Source: Antedon mediterranea (lineage: Eukaryota; Animalia; Echinodermata). From it: a DNA stretch of 64,000 bases. Both the position numbers and the translations under genes were made by a program. Shown here piece by piece: positions 1 through 11,900 of the stretch (its first letter is position 1; the number at the start of each line of letters is the position of its first letter). The notes under the pieces are model-generated. The model worked only from the letters and a program-made list of their open reading frames with translations, was not told the origin of the DNA and made no database searches. The stretch is taken from NCBI RefSeq assembly GCF_964355755.1, contig NC_092673.1, positions 25,913,648 through 25,977,647 of the forward strand, in the 5' to 3' direction.

Positions 1-79
1 AAATATTATTAAAGTCATACGAACAGAGCAAAGTACATTCAACCAGTATTTTTAATTCGACAAAAATGAAGTCGACCAA

Positions 80-380
80 AGATGTATTGTCCCCTAGAAA
101 TATAAAAAAAAATGATTAATAAAATCAGATTTTGAATTGCCATTTTGTAGTTTTAATCAAGTTAATCACTTCCGCAGAAAAAAAAAAATCGGGGAAAACG
201 AAGCTTTCAAATCATGTTGACAAAACAAACGGTTACATTCAACAAAAACCCATTAGACAATTGGACTATTTTTTGCCTTAAATTACAGTTTTTTTTCAGC
301 AGGTAAATAGTTTTTTTCCAATCCAATTATGCATGAAAAATGGCATATTCAACAAACCATTTTAAACAATTATTTTTAAA
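80..380 (+). mobile_element. Kolobok-like MITE, left part; same family as 62442-62883
   Basis: Starts with TIR AGATGTATTGTCCCC and is colinear with the 62442-62883 copy. Confidence 0.6.
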
Positions 381-1320
381 GCCTTTAATTCAAAACACGT
401 ATATATTTCACGTATAGGGGCCTAATGTTTGTTTTAGCCTAGCATGGTTACCTCCATGGTTTTACCAGGGAAGAATTTCACTCTTCCCTGGTTTTACCGA
501 ATATTTTCATTCAATGTTTGATTTCTATCATCATGTCAGCATAAAAAGAATACTAAAAATAAAAACATTATGTATTTTACCTGTTACCTGTTAGTTTCCG
601 TTTTTAACGGAAACTAAGTGTCACCTTTTTGGGTGGAGAAAAATGTGGTGTCAGTCAGTGTGACGCACGCCTCTACATTTTGGTCTAAAAACGTGCATAG
701 GCCGCGCCTAAATAGAAAACATCTTGTCGTTCGGGTGGGTCAGAAACACAATGTGAAACACATTGGAAGTATAGGCATAACCCCACACACCAAAGATATT
801 TTAATAACCATATCAATACGACATTTGTTAGCACTCGGTGTTTCTTTCTCCATTTTCCATTCACTTCTTACGTAACCAATTTCATTTGAATAAATTTGCA
901 AAAATCTGAGATCAGATGATGTAGATCACAACGTCACATAACTTCTCACGATAATATGTATCACACTTTTGATTATTATATGTTTGATTGCATTTTCTAA
1001 ATGCAGATTATATCATCATCGTTGCGACACTGTTGTCATGGAAATGTTGGTAACGTTAAGTGATATGTAAGTGAAAATGCATTACGAGATCGTTACCGTC
1101 ATCATGATACAGTCAAGCGTTTAACATTTGCCTAATGACGCGTTAACTGCGCAAACGTTTATCAATATGTATGGGTATAGATTAATAGTTTATGTATTGA
1201 GAGATTGAAGTAAAGTATATAATGGTATGGTATAATACCGAAATGAATTATATTCCTCGAATTGCATGTACAAAATAACATAATGAAAATTACCTCCCCA
1301 ACATTTGCATATCTCACCTG

Positions 1321-3607
1321 AGCCCCTTTCTCACAGATGTGCCTGCAATATACCGGTACAGTGCTGGCGTCGTGCCGGTATCGTTACCGGCATGCGATTT
1401 TTTTTTCCGTACGAGAGTTCCTCCATCGGTTCGTTTCGGACTCAATCGACTCTCTTCGGTATTCGGTAAAGTCAGCTCACTGATGCGTGACAACATAATA
1501 CAATTTACATTTACAAACCGCGAGCTTACTTTCACACAGGCTCTCACAATAGTAAAATAAATCTACACTAATACGAGTTTTGATTTGATGACATTAATTA
1601 ATAAATACTAGGCCTACTTAGTAATTACATTAAGAACCCAATAGCATATTGAAGATATTTAGGTCTACGACCCAATAGTAGGTCGTATCAGATATTATTT
1701 TTTGAAGTTGAACGACCTTTTGTCACGAACGAGAGGCTCTTTTTCTTATCGTTTATGGTATTGTAGCTAGCCCATGGCTAGGCTAGCTTGTGTAAGCCTA
1801 TGCATGGTATTACTTTTGAATTTAAAATGATTATGTACAGTAGGAATTCCTATGCACAGTGTATGTTTTTTATACCTTTTAAAATAATATTATTAAATTA
1901 ATATTTATATTGTAAGGTAATGGAAATTTTACGTTAAAGGTGTACGTATTAATTATCCCCAATCTTGAAAAAAAGATTTCAGACTTTTAATAATAGGCAA
2001 CTTTGGAGTATAGGCCTACAACTAATATTATTGTTTATTATATGTAATTTGGAAAATCATAAAAAATACATGCAAAGTAAAAAACATTCAATTACGGTAC
2101 TGACAAGACTGCAATAGTACAAATACATTTAATAATAACACATTTTCCAGGAAGCTTATAATTATATGTGATACTATCATCAATTATTAAATTAACACGA
2201 TATTAAACGCTTTATAAGCAAGCGTGTGTTTCTATACATTACAACTTACAAGAATACATGTTACTAATACTAGGCCTAAATGTATACAATTTTTCAAATG
2301 TTACACTTAAAAACCTGAAGAAAATTGTAATTTTCTTGATAAAAACATCTGTTAGTGTTACTTCTGTACATATAATTTCTAACCTACTACTTCATTTTAT
2401 TAAAATAAAAAATAGTACTGTAGATGGAATGTACTACATTGAAGCACACGTACGTAGGGCTAGCTAGCTGGCCTAAGTTGCTAGTGTGACGACCAACAAA
2501 GTGCTGCTGCTGTGTGTGTGTGTTACTGTTTGTGAATCTGATGGTGTACATACATTGGTTTGTGGCTGCCTATACAGTATTATATTATTAAAATTCTAGG
2601 ACTATTATTATTATTACAATGACGTTCAGTACTACTATTAATATTTATTATTATATTTACAGTGAGTATAGTATTAGGCCTCTAGTATAGCCTAGTATGT
2701 ATAAATTTGTCACTCGTGCAAAGAAGCTGCTCACGTTTTGTGGTTGCTGTCACGCATCAGTGAGTATCGGTGGCTTACCGAAGAGTCGATTGAGTCCGAA
2801 ACGAACCGATGGAGGAACTCTCGTACGGAAAAAAAAATCGCTACCGGCATATACCCATTCTCATCGGACTATCGTGCCGGAAATATAACCGGTATATACC
2901 GGCTTTCTGTGAGAAAGGAGTCGGGCATATTCGGCCAATAAAAAGTCTCTGACAAAATAATTATTGAGGGCGCCCTTTATTGTTATTGTTTTTGTCTAGC
3001 GATGATATGGCGGCGAATGTTAAGTTACAGATTATTATCTTCCTTTATAGCATATTTATGCAATACATGCTATGTACAGTATATTGTGCATATATTATAC
3101 AGGTATAGCAATTAATTTGCCGTCATCGGCAATCTGTAAAACACCTTAATTAGAAGGCTGTAGGCCTACAATTTACAAGGCGACGAAAGGTCAGGCACCA
3201 ACAAACAAAGAGCTAATGGCCTAGCCTAGCGGCCTATATAGATTATGCTACAAATTTCTTCTTGTCCCCTTATTTTAAGCAGCTCTCTTATCTCATTATC
3301 CCTCCAGTTCGACATTATTATTGTTAATTGAATTGAATAGGCGCCAAAGTGATACACTTGACTGCGCAAGGTGTCAAAGCCTCGACGGGGAACCCCGGAA
3401 TATAACGGCAATACGTTCTCACAGAATGCCCGTCTGGCATTGCGGGGAATATCCCTAGAATATTACTAGGTCTAAAGCAGGTCATGTCGATGCCGGCATG
3501 GTGCCGGCATGATGCCAAGACGACCCGTTCTCACAGAAAACCATACCGGCATGGTAATGGTATATTCCCGCAATGTTCCTGGCACACAACTCTGTGAGAA
3601 AGGGGCT
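1321..3607. mobile_element. Non-autonomous PIF/Harbinger element with Myb/SANT-like ORF remnant
   Basis: Perfect 17-bp TIR AGCCCCTTTCTCACAGA / TCTGTGAGAAAGGGGCT and 3-bp TSD CTG (1318-1320, 3608-3610). Minus-strand MSNWRDNEIRELLKIRGQEEI from 3315 resembles the start of a Myb/SANT-like domain. Internal inverted copy of the left end at about 2750-2920. Confidence 0.8.
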
Positions 3608-3986
3608 CTGTAGGCCTACATCTCCATTCCTATATTCTCCCAAATGCAGCCTACTCTTTCATATTCCATTATGCATCCCCCATCTTACATATTCCTCTTC
3701 ACCAGCCCTACCACTTAGGCCTATTCTCCTCACTAATCGGATATCCTCCCCACCAAGGTGGTACCACCCCCACTAAAGTATGTATTAAGTATATTATTAA
3801 CCGAATTGTTTTGTGACTGTGCAATTTGGTAATAAGTTACACTCTACATACATACAAAATATACATTTAAAAGTAGCACATCCAAATGCCAACTTCAAGT
3901 CAATGGCTACCAGATGTCTCTGTGAGACGGTTATTTGAACCAGTACCAGTATCACTTCACTACATATTCTACTATTCTGGTACACT

Positions 3987-4410
3987 GCATCCCCCAATCT
4001 TGTATATTCCACTTCACTATAGATCCCACCCATACCACTTATCCTCCCACTAAAATATAGGTATTCTCCCACTAGATATCCTCTGCGTCTTCTGAATTTG
4101 CCACCTTTACACTAAATATTCTACTATAGGTACTATTGCATCCCCAATCTTGTATATTCCACTTCACTATAGATCCCACCCATACCACTTATCCTCCCAC
4201 TAAAATATAGGTATTCTTCCCACTAGATATCCTCTGCGTCTTCTGAATTTGCCACCTTTACACTAAATATTCTACTATAGGTACTATTGCATCCCCAATC
4301 TTGTATATTCCCCTACACTAAAATACATCCCACCCCTTACCACTTATCCTCCACATTAAAAGCTAGATATTCCCCACATTAAATATCCTCTGCGTCCTTT
4401 GCATTTGCCA
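3987..4410. repeat. Tandem repeat, about 150-bp unit x3
   Basis: TGCATCCCCAATCTTGTATATTCC... recurs at about 3987, 4137 and 4288. Confidence 0.85.
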
Positions 4411-4879
4411 ATACACTACAATTAGGTGTATTTCCAAGGAGATTGATCGACTATTATTATATTAATATATAAACGATATACATGCACAATTTTCTCAGAT
4501 AAAAATCAAATACTGTAATAAGAATATAATATGTAATCGATTTTCTTTGCAATAGTAACCGTAATTTCTTTACGATATGAAGTTGACAGACAATTATTTA
4601 TTAGTTTATTACGGACCATTTTCAGACCATAAAATTTGACGTTATATTAATTTCAAAATGTACATGTGAATTAATAGCAAAAATATAATACACTGCTAAA
4701 ATTACCATATTATTCATATAATAGATGCAATTGCCACTTTATATGACGTGTAAGTATACAATACGTGTCATAAAATGAAATGGTTTACATTTATTTGGAA
4801 ATGTATTGTAAAACTTTTATGGAATCATAATTAGTTCAGTAAAACTCCTCCTTTGGGACGTTCCATTCTGGGGAAACTA

Positions 4880-5232
4880 TATTAAAGGGAAACCTTTACC
4901 ATGTGGGCCTAATAACACTAAAGCCAAATCCATTAAAGGGACACTTTACCGTGTAATAAAACTAAAGCCAAATCCTATTATTAAAGGGACACTTTACCGT
5001 GCAATAACACTACAGCCAAATCCTATTATTAAAGGGATACTTTACTGTGCAATAACACTACAGCCAAATCCTATTATTAAAGGGACACTTTACCGTGTAA
5101 TAACACTACAGCCAAATCCTATTATTAAAGGGACACTTTACCGTGCAATAACACTACAGCCAAATCCTATTATTAAAGGGACACTTTACCGTGCAATAAC
5201 ACTACAGCAAAACTATATTCAAGGGACACTCT
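4880..5232. repeat. 48-bp minisatellite x about 7, inside a CAGT-starting pogo-like MITE (about 4837-5278)
   Basis: Unit TTAAAGGGACACTTTACCGTGCAATAACACTACAGCCAAATCCTATTA at 4933, 4981, 5029, 5077, 5125 and 5173. Confidence 0.9.
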
Positions 5233-5652
5233 ATGGAAAACTTGTTTTGGGTCCCGCGGGTGACCCTTGTAGTGTACTACTTTCTTCTATTTTTTAAAAT
5301 TTTTTTGCTAAATGTCCAGTTTCTTCTCCATCAAACAACCCTGTCTATTTGTGTTTGATTTTTATGTGGCTAACAAAACACACAAAACAACCGTAATGTT
5401 CATTTAATTATTTATTTATTTGTTATGGAAGTTTTAATTGTCACCAGCCAACCAATCTAAATATTTATATTATTATCAACAATTTACATTATAAAAAAAC
5501 TCATAAAACAGTTCAGCCCAGGGAGTGTACCTTATATTATTTTAATAAAATTAGCCTCTTAGGTATTATTAGTGGGTAAAGTAAATTTCGTCCTTACATA
5601 CATGAGGTTATCAAGAAAATCCCAGCCAATCATAAACTACAATACATAAACA

Positions 5653-6614
5653 CAGTAGAATCCCTCGTGTAGGATTGGACACCTCTATTCACACTACCGT
5701 GAAATAAACAAGGTAAATATACTATACGGTCAACAACTATTCAGGGGTGACCATTTTAAGGGTCAGTGATGATGGCGTCACCTTCGTAGAGGTTCGGGTC
5801 CCGAAGGCATCACCTTCATAGAGGTTCGGGTCCCAAAGGCATCGCCTTCATAGAGGTTCGGGTCCCGAAGGCGTCGCCTTCATAGAGGTTCGGGTCCCGA
5901 AGGCATCACCTTCATAGAGGTTCGGGTCCCAAAGGCATCACCTTCATAGAGGTTCGGGTCCCGAAGGCGTCAACTTTATAGAGGTTCGGGTCCCGAAGGC
6001 CTCACCTTCATAGAGGTTCGGGTCGCGAAGGCGTCACCTTTATAGAGGTTCGGGTCGCGAAGGCGTCACCTTTATAGAGGTTCGGGTCCCGAAGGCATCA
6101 ACTTTATAGAGGTCGGGTCCCAAAGGCATCAACTTTATAGAGGTTCGGGTCTCGAAGGCATCAACTTTATAGAGGTTCGGGTCGCGAAGGCGTCACCTTT
6201 ATAGAGGTTCGGGTCCCGAAGGCATCAACTTTATAGAGGTCGGGTCCCAAAGGCATCAACTTTATAGAGGTTCGGGTCTCGAAGGCATCAACTTTATAGA
6301 GGTTCGGGTCTCGAAGGCATCAACTTTATAGAGGTTCGGGTCTCGAAGGCATCAACTTTATAGAGGTTCGGGTCGCGAAGGCATCAACTTTATAGAGGTT
6401 CGGGTCTCGAAGGCATCAACTTTATAGAGGTTCGGGTCGCGAAGGCATCAACTTTATAGAGGTTCGGATCGCGAAGGCGTCACCTTCATAGAGGTTCGGA
6501 TCGCGAAGGCGTCACCTTCATAGAGGTCCGGATCGCGAAGGCGTCAACTTCATAGAGGTTCGGGTCTCGAAGGCATCAACTTCATAGAGGTCCGGGTCCC
6601 ATAGGGTTCTACTA
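5653..6614. mobile_element. Tc1/mariner (pogo-like) MITE carrying an expanded 32-bp minisatellite
   Basis: Ends CAGTAGAATCCCT / AGGGTTCTACTA form an imperfect TIR. Confidence 0.55.
5774..6603. repeat. 32-bp minisatellite x about 26
   Basis: Unit GAAGGCRTCAMCTTYATAGAGGTTCGGGTCSC with period 32. Confidence 0.95.
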
Positions 6615-7617
6615 TACTATAATTATAATAAATGAACATTCAAAGGTGAGATGTAATAAAAATAATTAAATTGTCTAATAAAATGTATCAACATTTATAA
6701 CCCATCAAAATACTATCTACATTACCCACATCCATAAATATACATATATATTCTTTTTATTACATTGAAGACTTTTATGACAATTATATTAACAATAATA
6801 TTTAAAAACAGCAATTTAGTAAAATAATCTATTTGAATCAATATATAAAACAATAAATTTGCTAAAATGACAAAATAATCATAACATTTTAATTTTAGTT
6901 TAACTGATTTAAAATAGTCATAACAGATTGAAACATAGAAACCAACCACGACGACCATTTGCCGTCATAGACAAATTCTAGCGCGGTAATGCAGGTGTCA
7001 CATGTGATACATATATGACACTGTATTACCGAATCTGCCTATGATACTGCACATATGTATGCAAAATATGGAGATACAGTTACTTGCCGATTTTCAGAAA
7101 ACTTATACCTAAATTATTCAATATTTAAGATGAGTAGAAGATCTGAATATGCAAGACATTTGGTCAACATTTGATATGGAATGCCAACTAGAGGGCAATA
7201 TACAAATTATGGATAGGAATGACATTTCTAGTACAAAACAGAACTATACTAGTCTATTTAAACTAGAACCTAGTAAATACCTATTTATTATTATAAACTA
7301 TATTGCTTTTAATTTCTTTCATTGTTTTGGGATTAAGGGGAACATACAACCAGACATTATATAATATGTCTACAGTATAATATTTTTCTTTACATTGTTA
7401 TACCACTACTAGAGTACAATATATTTTGGGGTCCCACAAAGCTTTTTTGGATGATTTTTGCCGATAGTTTTATTTGCTGCGAAAACTAGTACCAAGCAGA
7501 TGTAGAAACATTGTTAATGCCCATTTTAAAATATTTAGCTTTCAAAAACTTTTGTATTATATAGTTTTATAAACGTAATAAAATAAACTATTTTAAAAAT
7601 ATAAACAAAACTATAAT

Positions 7618-7729
7618 ATCTGATTAGCTGCATCAGTGGGATAATCTGATTAGCTGCATCAGTGGGATAATCTGATTAGCTGCATCAGTGGGATAATCTG
7701 ATTAGCTGCATCAGTGGGATAATCTGATT
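7618..7729. repeat. 26-bp perfect tandem repeat x4.3, downstream of the PANK stop codon
   Basis: ATCTGATTAGCTGCATCAGTGGGATA repeated. Confidence 0.95.
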
Positions 7730-8439
7730 TGTATTTATAAAATTAATAGAGAACTAATATTGTTCTTTAATATACCCTCATGGTATAGAAGATAAAAATG
7801 GCAGTGACTGTTAAAAGTAATAACAAAATTTGTTTGAGAAGTCAAAAAGTTTTTTTTTTACAAATATAGGTACATTATATACCTATATTTTTAGTAAAAA
7901 TTATTTGTATTTATACCCATATTGTGTAATATTAAAAAATATTTATGGAAGTAATTTTTTATAATTTACCCAAAAAGGAAAAATGTTTGTTCTTTGAGGC
8001 AACTTATTAACATACATTTATCACAGGAATTCTTGCTGTCATTCCAGGATATATTTTCCCCTTTAATTTTAAAATACATTTTGTTGCTAGGAAATTTTTA
8101 TGTCAAATATTAATTGTATTTACTTATTAAATCGGAAAAAAAATTTGAAGAAAAAAACAGTCAACCTGGAGCACACTGTGTGGAAGAAACAAAGTTCTGG
8201 TTAAATGTAACCGCTCAGTTTATTATTTATTGCATATTTTAGAAGCGAGTTAAGGGGTGGAGACTAAATTCCTAGAACATTCGGCCAAAATCCTATGACA
8301 TTGGCAATATATATTTCTACATAATGTTGTAGCACCCTACATGCTTACAGGCTAGAATCTTTCAACCCACCAGCAGCACTATCTGGTATGCATATGTGAA
8401 TACTAGAAATGATTGTTAAAGAGATCACATCTGCTGGTT

Positions 8440-8526
8440 TTATAAAAAGCCATTAGCTTGAAGCTCAGGCTGGTCAAGGTATGGTAAAATGAGTTCCAGA
8501 AATGCACCAACTGAACCAAAGTAGCC
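8440..8526 (-). CDS. PANK: PANK coding exon 7 (terminal)
   Basis: [28 protein letters not shown] then stop (TAA at 8442-8440). T-rich TAG acceptor. Confidence 0.94.
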   Translation of the reverse strand, partial: GYFGSVGAFLELILPYLDQPELQANGFL

Positions 8527-8956
8527 CTACAAAAAAAAAATTTAAGTGAGAAGTGTTTAAAAAAAGTCTAGCTACCATTCAAATTGTTGGTGTTGTAAGC
8601 TGGGCGCGCAATATAGTTGACACAAAAATTAAATTGTATAGACAAGACGAGTGGGTGAGCCGGGCCACTGAAAATCAAAGCTATACAGGTTCAAGGCTCT
8701 CTTTAACCACTTTTCTGGTGGTTGAACAAGTATTCTCGGATAAGCACTTAAAACTAAAATTAACAGTAAAATTCCAGTGTGCACTTTAAGAACCCAGTTC
8801 ATCTTTAAGCTCTGTCTACACAATTAGTATTAAAAAAAAGTGTGATGTGCTCAAATATGGTGGTAATATGCCCAAATTTAGTAGTGATCATGTCCATATG
8901 GGCACATCACATTTTTAGTCGCGTGGAAGCGACTCTATAGTTCACTATGTCGGTCG

Positions 8957-8991
<35 letters not shown>

Positions 8992-11900
8992 GGTCCGGTA
9001 TCACTATGCGTTTTATCGCTTTATGACCTTATCTTGATATCAGTTTAATCTAGCTAAGTCAATTTTTCACAGAATATTCCTTATGGCCAGGAATCGGTGT
9101 GGTTATGTTTTCACGGTGCGCAATAAAAAATTACGCGGTCTACGCACGATTTAACGAAATCACGTTTGTAATCATATCTTAACAACCATGAATCACAATT
9201 AAATAAAATTTGGTACTCATAAATTTCAGGCATAAATCATCATATGGCAATACAATTACGTGCGTAGCGCATGTAACGCATGCGTACGCGCGCTTAAAAT
9301 TTTCAAAATTTATTTTCGATGAAATAAGAGTACGTTTCAGGCAATTTTAAGCGTTTACAAAATTGCCATGAGTGCGCAGATTTTTGCGCGCGCACTGCGC
9401 GTTAAATGTTATTGCGCACTCTTTTTGCCCGATTTCTGTTTTCTTGACTTACTTTTCAACTCTAAATTACGTTATACGAGCACGTCAAAAGTGACAGGCT
9501 ACGCACGTGTAAATTTAAAAAATATAAATGTTTTTAAACATTTCAACATTTTTAAACATGTTCAGTAATTTCGGTCAGTATAGTTCACTATGTCGGTCGG
9601 TCCGTCTGTCTGTCGGTTTGTCTGTCTGTCGGTCTGTTTGTCTGTCGGTCCGGTATCACTATGCATTGTAGCACGCGACTTAATGGCTGTTGGCCTTGTT
9701 TTTTCACATAAAGTTTGATAGTGTAGACAGAGCTTTAGAGTAGTTGATTATTGCTCATAATAGGTGTTGCACTGTGGCTTCTGTGTAAACAAACAATCGA
9801 TAGAACCCAATATAGTTTTTATTTTTCCCCCGCATTTATATGTGTTATAACCACAACATCAACCACTATCATTAGGAAAAAGTTTATTAACATTCATACT
9901 CTCGTCAGATTCAATCCTTGGAATCGTACAAAAAATGTAATCTTAAAATTGGTATTATTCATTAATTAATATCTGATCATTTCTGATTTAATCGTATTTC
10001 TTTATCGGAAATTAATCCATAAATTTTCTGGGAATTATTGTGTTTATGTCTTCATGTGTAATTTCTTTTTTTAGTTTTAGTCATAGTAGATTTATCTCTT
10101 GTAATAGTGATGATTAAACAAACTTACTTCATGTTCAAGGAACAACGCCTTGAGAGCGCCTTGTGACCAATACTCCATTGCATATGCCAACAGTTTCATT
10201 GCTATTGTGTTCACTCTCAAAAAGTTGCCAACAAATACAATCTTTTCAATGCCCTGAATAAGTTTTAAAAAATTAGGAAAATCATAGATTTAATTATTTG
10301 ATTCATAATATTATTATTGAATAAATAGTAGCCAGAAAGAGCAAGATTATTGAATGTATCGTAGGTGGTTCCAGCCTACCAACTTTACTACTTTCTGCAA
10401 AGGCAACCTAACAATATGATGCTGTGCTCGTGAGATCAAAGGGTTCATCTGTGGCTGTGACACGATCATGACTCGTCCCTTAAGACTTTACAGAGAATAC
10501 GTACAAAAGTACTTTTGATATATTCGAAGACATAAGATCAAAGGACTGTTACAAGGTCCTGTCTTGGCAAGGCTAGCTCAGTATCCTGTTGCTAAATTGC
10601 CTAACTACTACTCTATCACGAAAAGTATCTTCTACCCATTTATATACAGACTTTTGCTTGTGCACATGTGCCTTTTATAGTAAATGGAATCCACAGCTTA
10701 AACTTCCATACAAAAGATGAGGAAATAATAGTAAAAGGGTACTGACAGTTACTGTAACATTAACGTCTTTCATTTATTCATACGTTATCATGTGTTATCT
10801 TTTTTGTTATTTGCTGTCCTTCCCCAGGTAGTCCCTGAGTACGCTGTGAGGTCTCTGCTATGTTTTTGTCTTCCCTTTTTTGTTGCCAGTTTTTTTATTT
10901 CATTCTTAAATTGGATTTTTATATGGGATTGATGCATGTTTAATGAATCTTTTTTTTTTCTTATTTTATTTTATTCAATTGAAACCAACAGCGATAATTA
11001 CCGCCACTAACAGGTTTGATACAAACAAAGCCAGAACAGGGCTTCTCTCGTCCAGTGCCCACCTTGACCAGAGAAAAGGCATGGGCCAATACATCTGAGG
11101 AAGATACTAGATGCAGGGGCTGCCATAAGAGTCAGCTGATTTCAAATGCCTAATGTAATTTTATATATGTATGATGTAATTGATGAATGTTTGTTTTCTA
11201 CCATATTTCTGAGGAAAACAATTTTACATATGTATGTACACATTTTTATAGTGAAAATAAAGATTTGATTTGATGCACTTTTAAATAAAAACCCTTATTG
11301 AATAAATAAATACCTCGTTCCTAGCGCACATCCTGGCTATAGAACCTATGTTATTAGTTATCGTGACGAGTGTTGCCCGAGCCAGGTCATATTTGCTTGC
11401 CTCTTGCTGACTATCTTCAAGATGCATTTTACCAAAACTATAACAAAAATGTCTTTTATGTAAAAAATATAATTTCAATTAAAACATGACCTTTGTTAAA
11501 ATATTTTTGAGATAATAAATAAACATCACAGGCATAGAAAAACTGTTCGGTGATATATTGAAATTTAAATAATTAATTTGAAACGATTAAGATGAGGAAA
11601 TCTGTGAAAATGAAAAACCTTCTGCTTGATATGTAGATGTCCTACAGTAACCATTAGACCACTAGGGCTTTCATGTTATTGCTCAAATTTGATTGGATAG
11701 TGACTCTCGGCATGGTACGATGGAACAGCACTAGTCCATCAATTGTACTCACGTGCACCAGAGATATATATTCATTTTTTTTAAATATAATTACGCCTAA
11801 GGATAGGACAGTAATATAATGATGAAAATAGGTGGCAGTGTGTTCACAAGACAAAACATTGGAATTGGATAGGATTCAAATCTAAGGCCTCTGTTTTTAG

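Noticed and set aside
5774-6603. 32-bp repeats resembling a CRISPR array
   Set aside because: Units are contiguous with no unique spacers, no cas genes are present, and the context is eukaryotic.
10330-10870. Possible decayed LINE fragment in PANK intron 5
   Set aside because: No recognisable reverse transcriptase or endonuclease motif in manual translation.
10254-11313. Expected intronic miR-103/107 (or miR-2013) in PANK intron 5, as in vertebrate PANK genes
   Set aside because: No AGCAGCA or UGCAGCA seed-bearing hairpin was found by eye on the sense strand. The nearest match (ACAGCAUCAU near 10416-10425) lacks a convincing stem. An Infernal or miRBase search would settle it.
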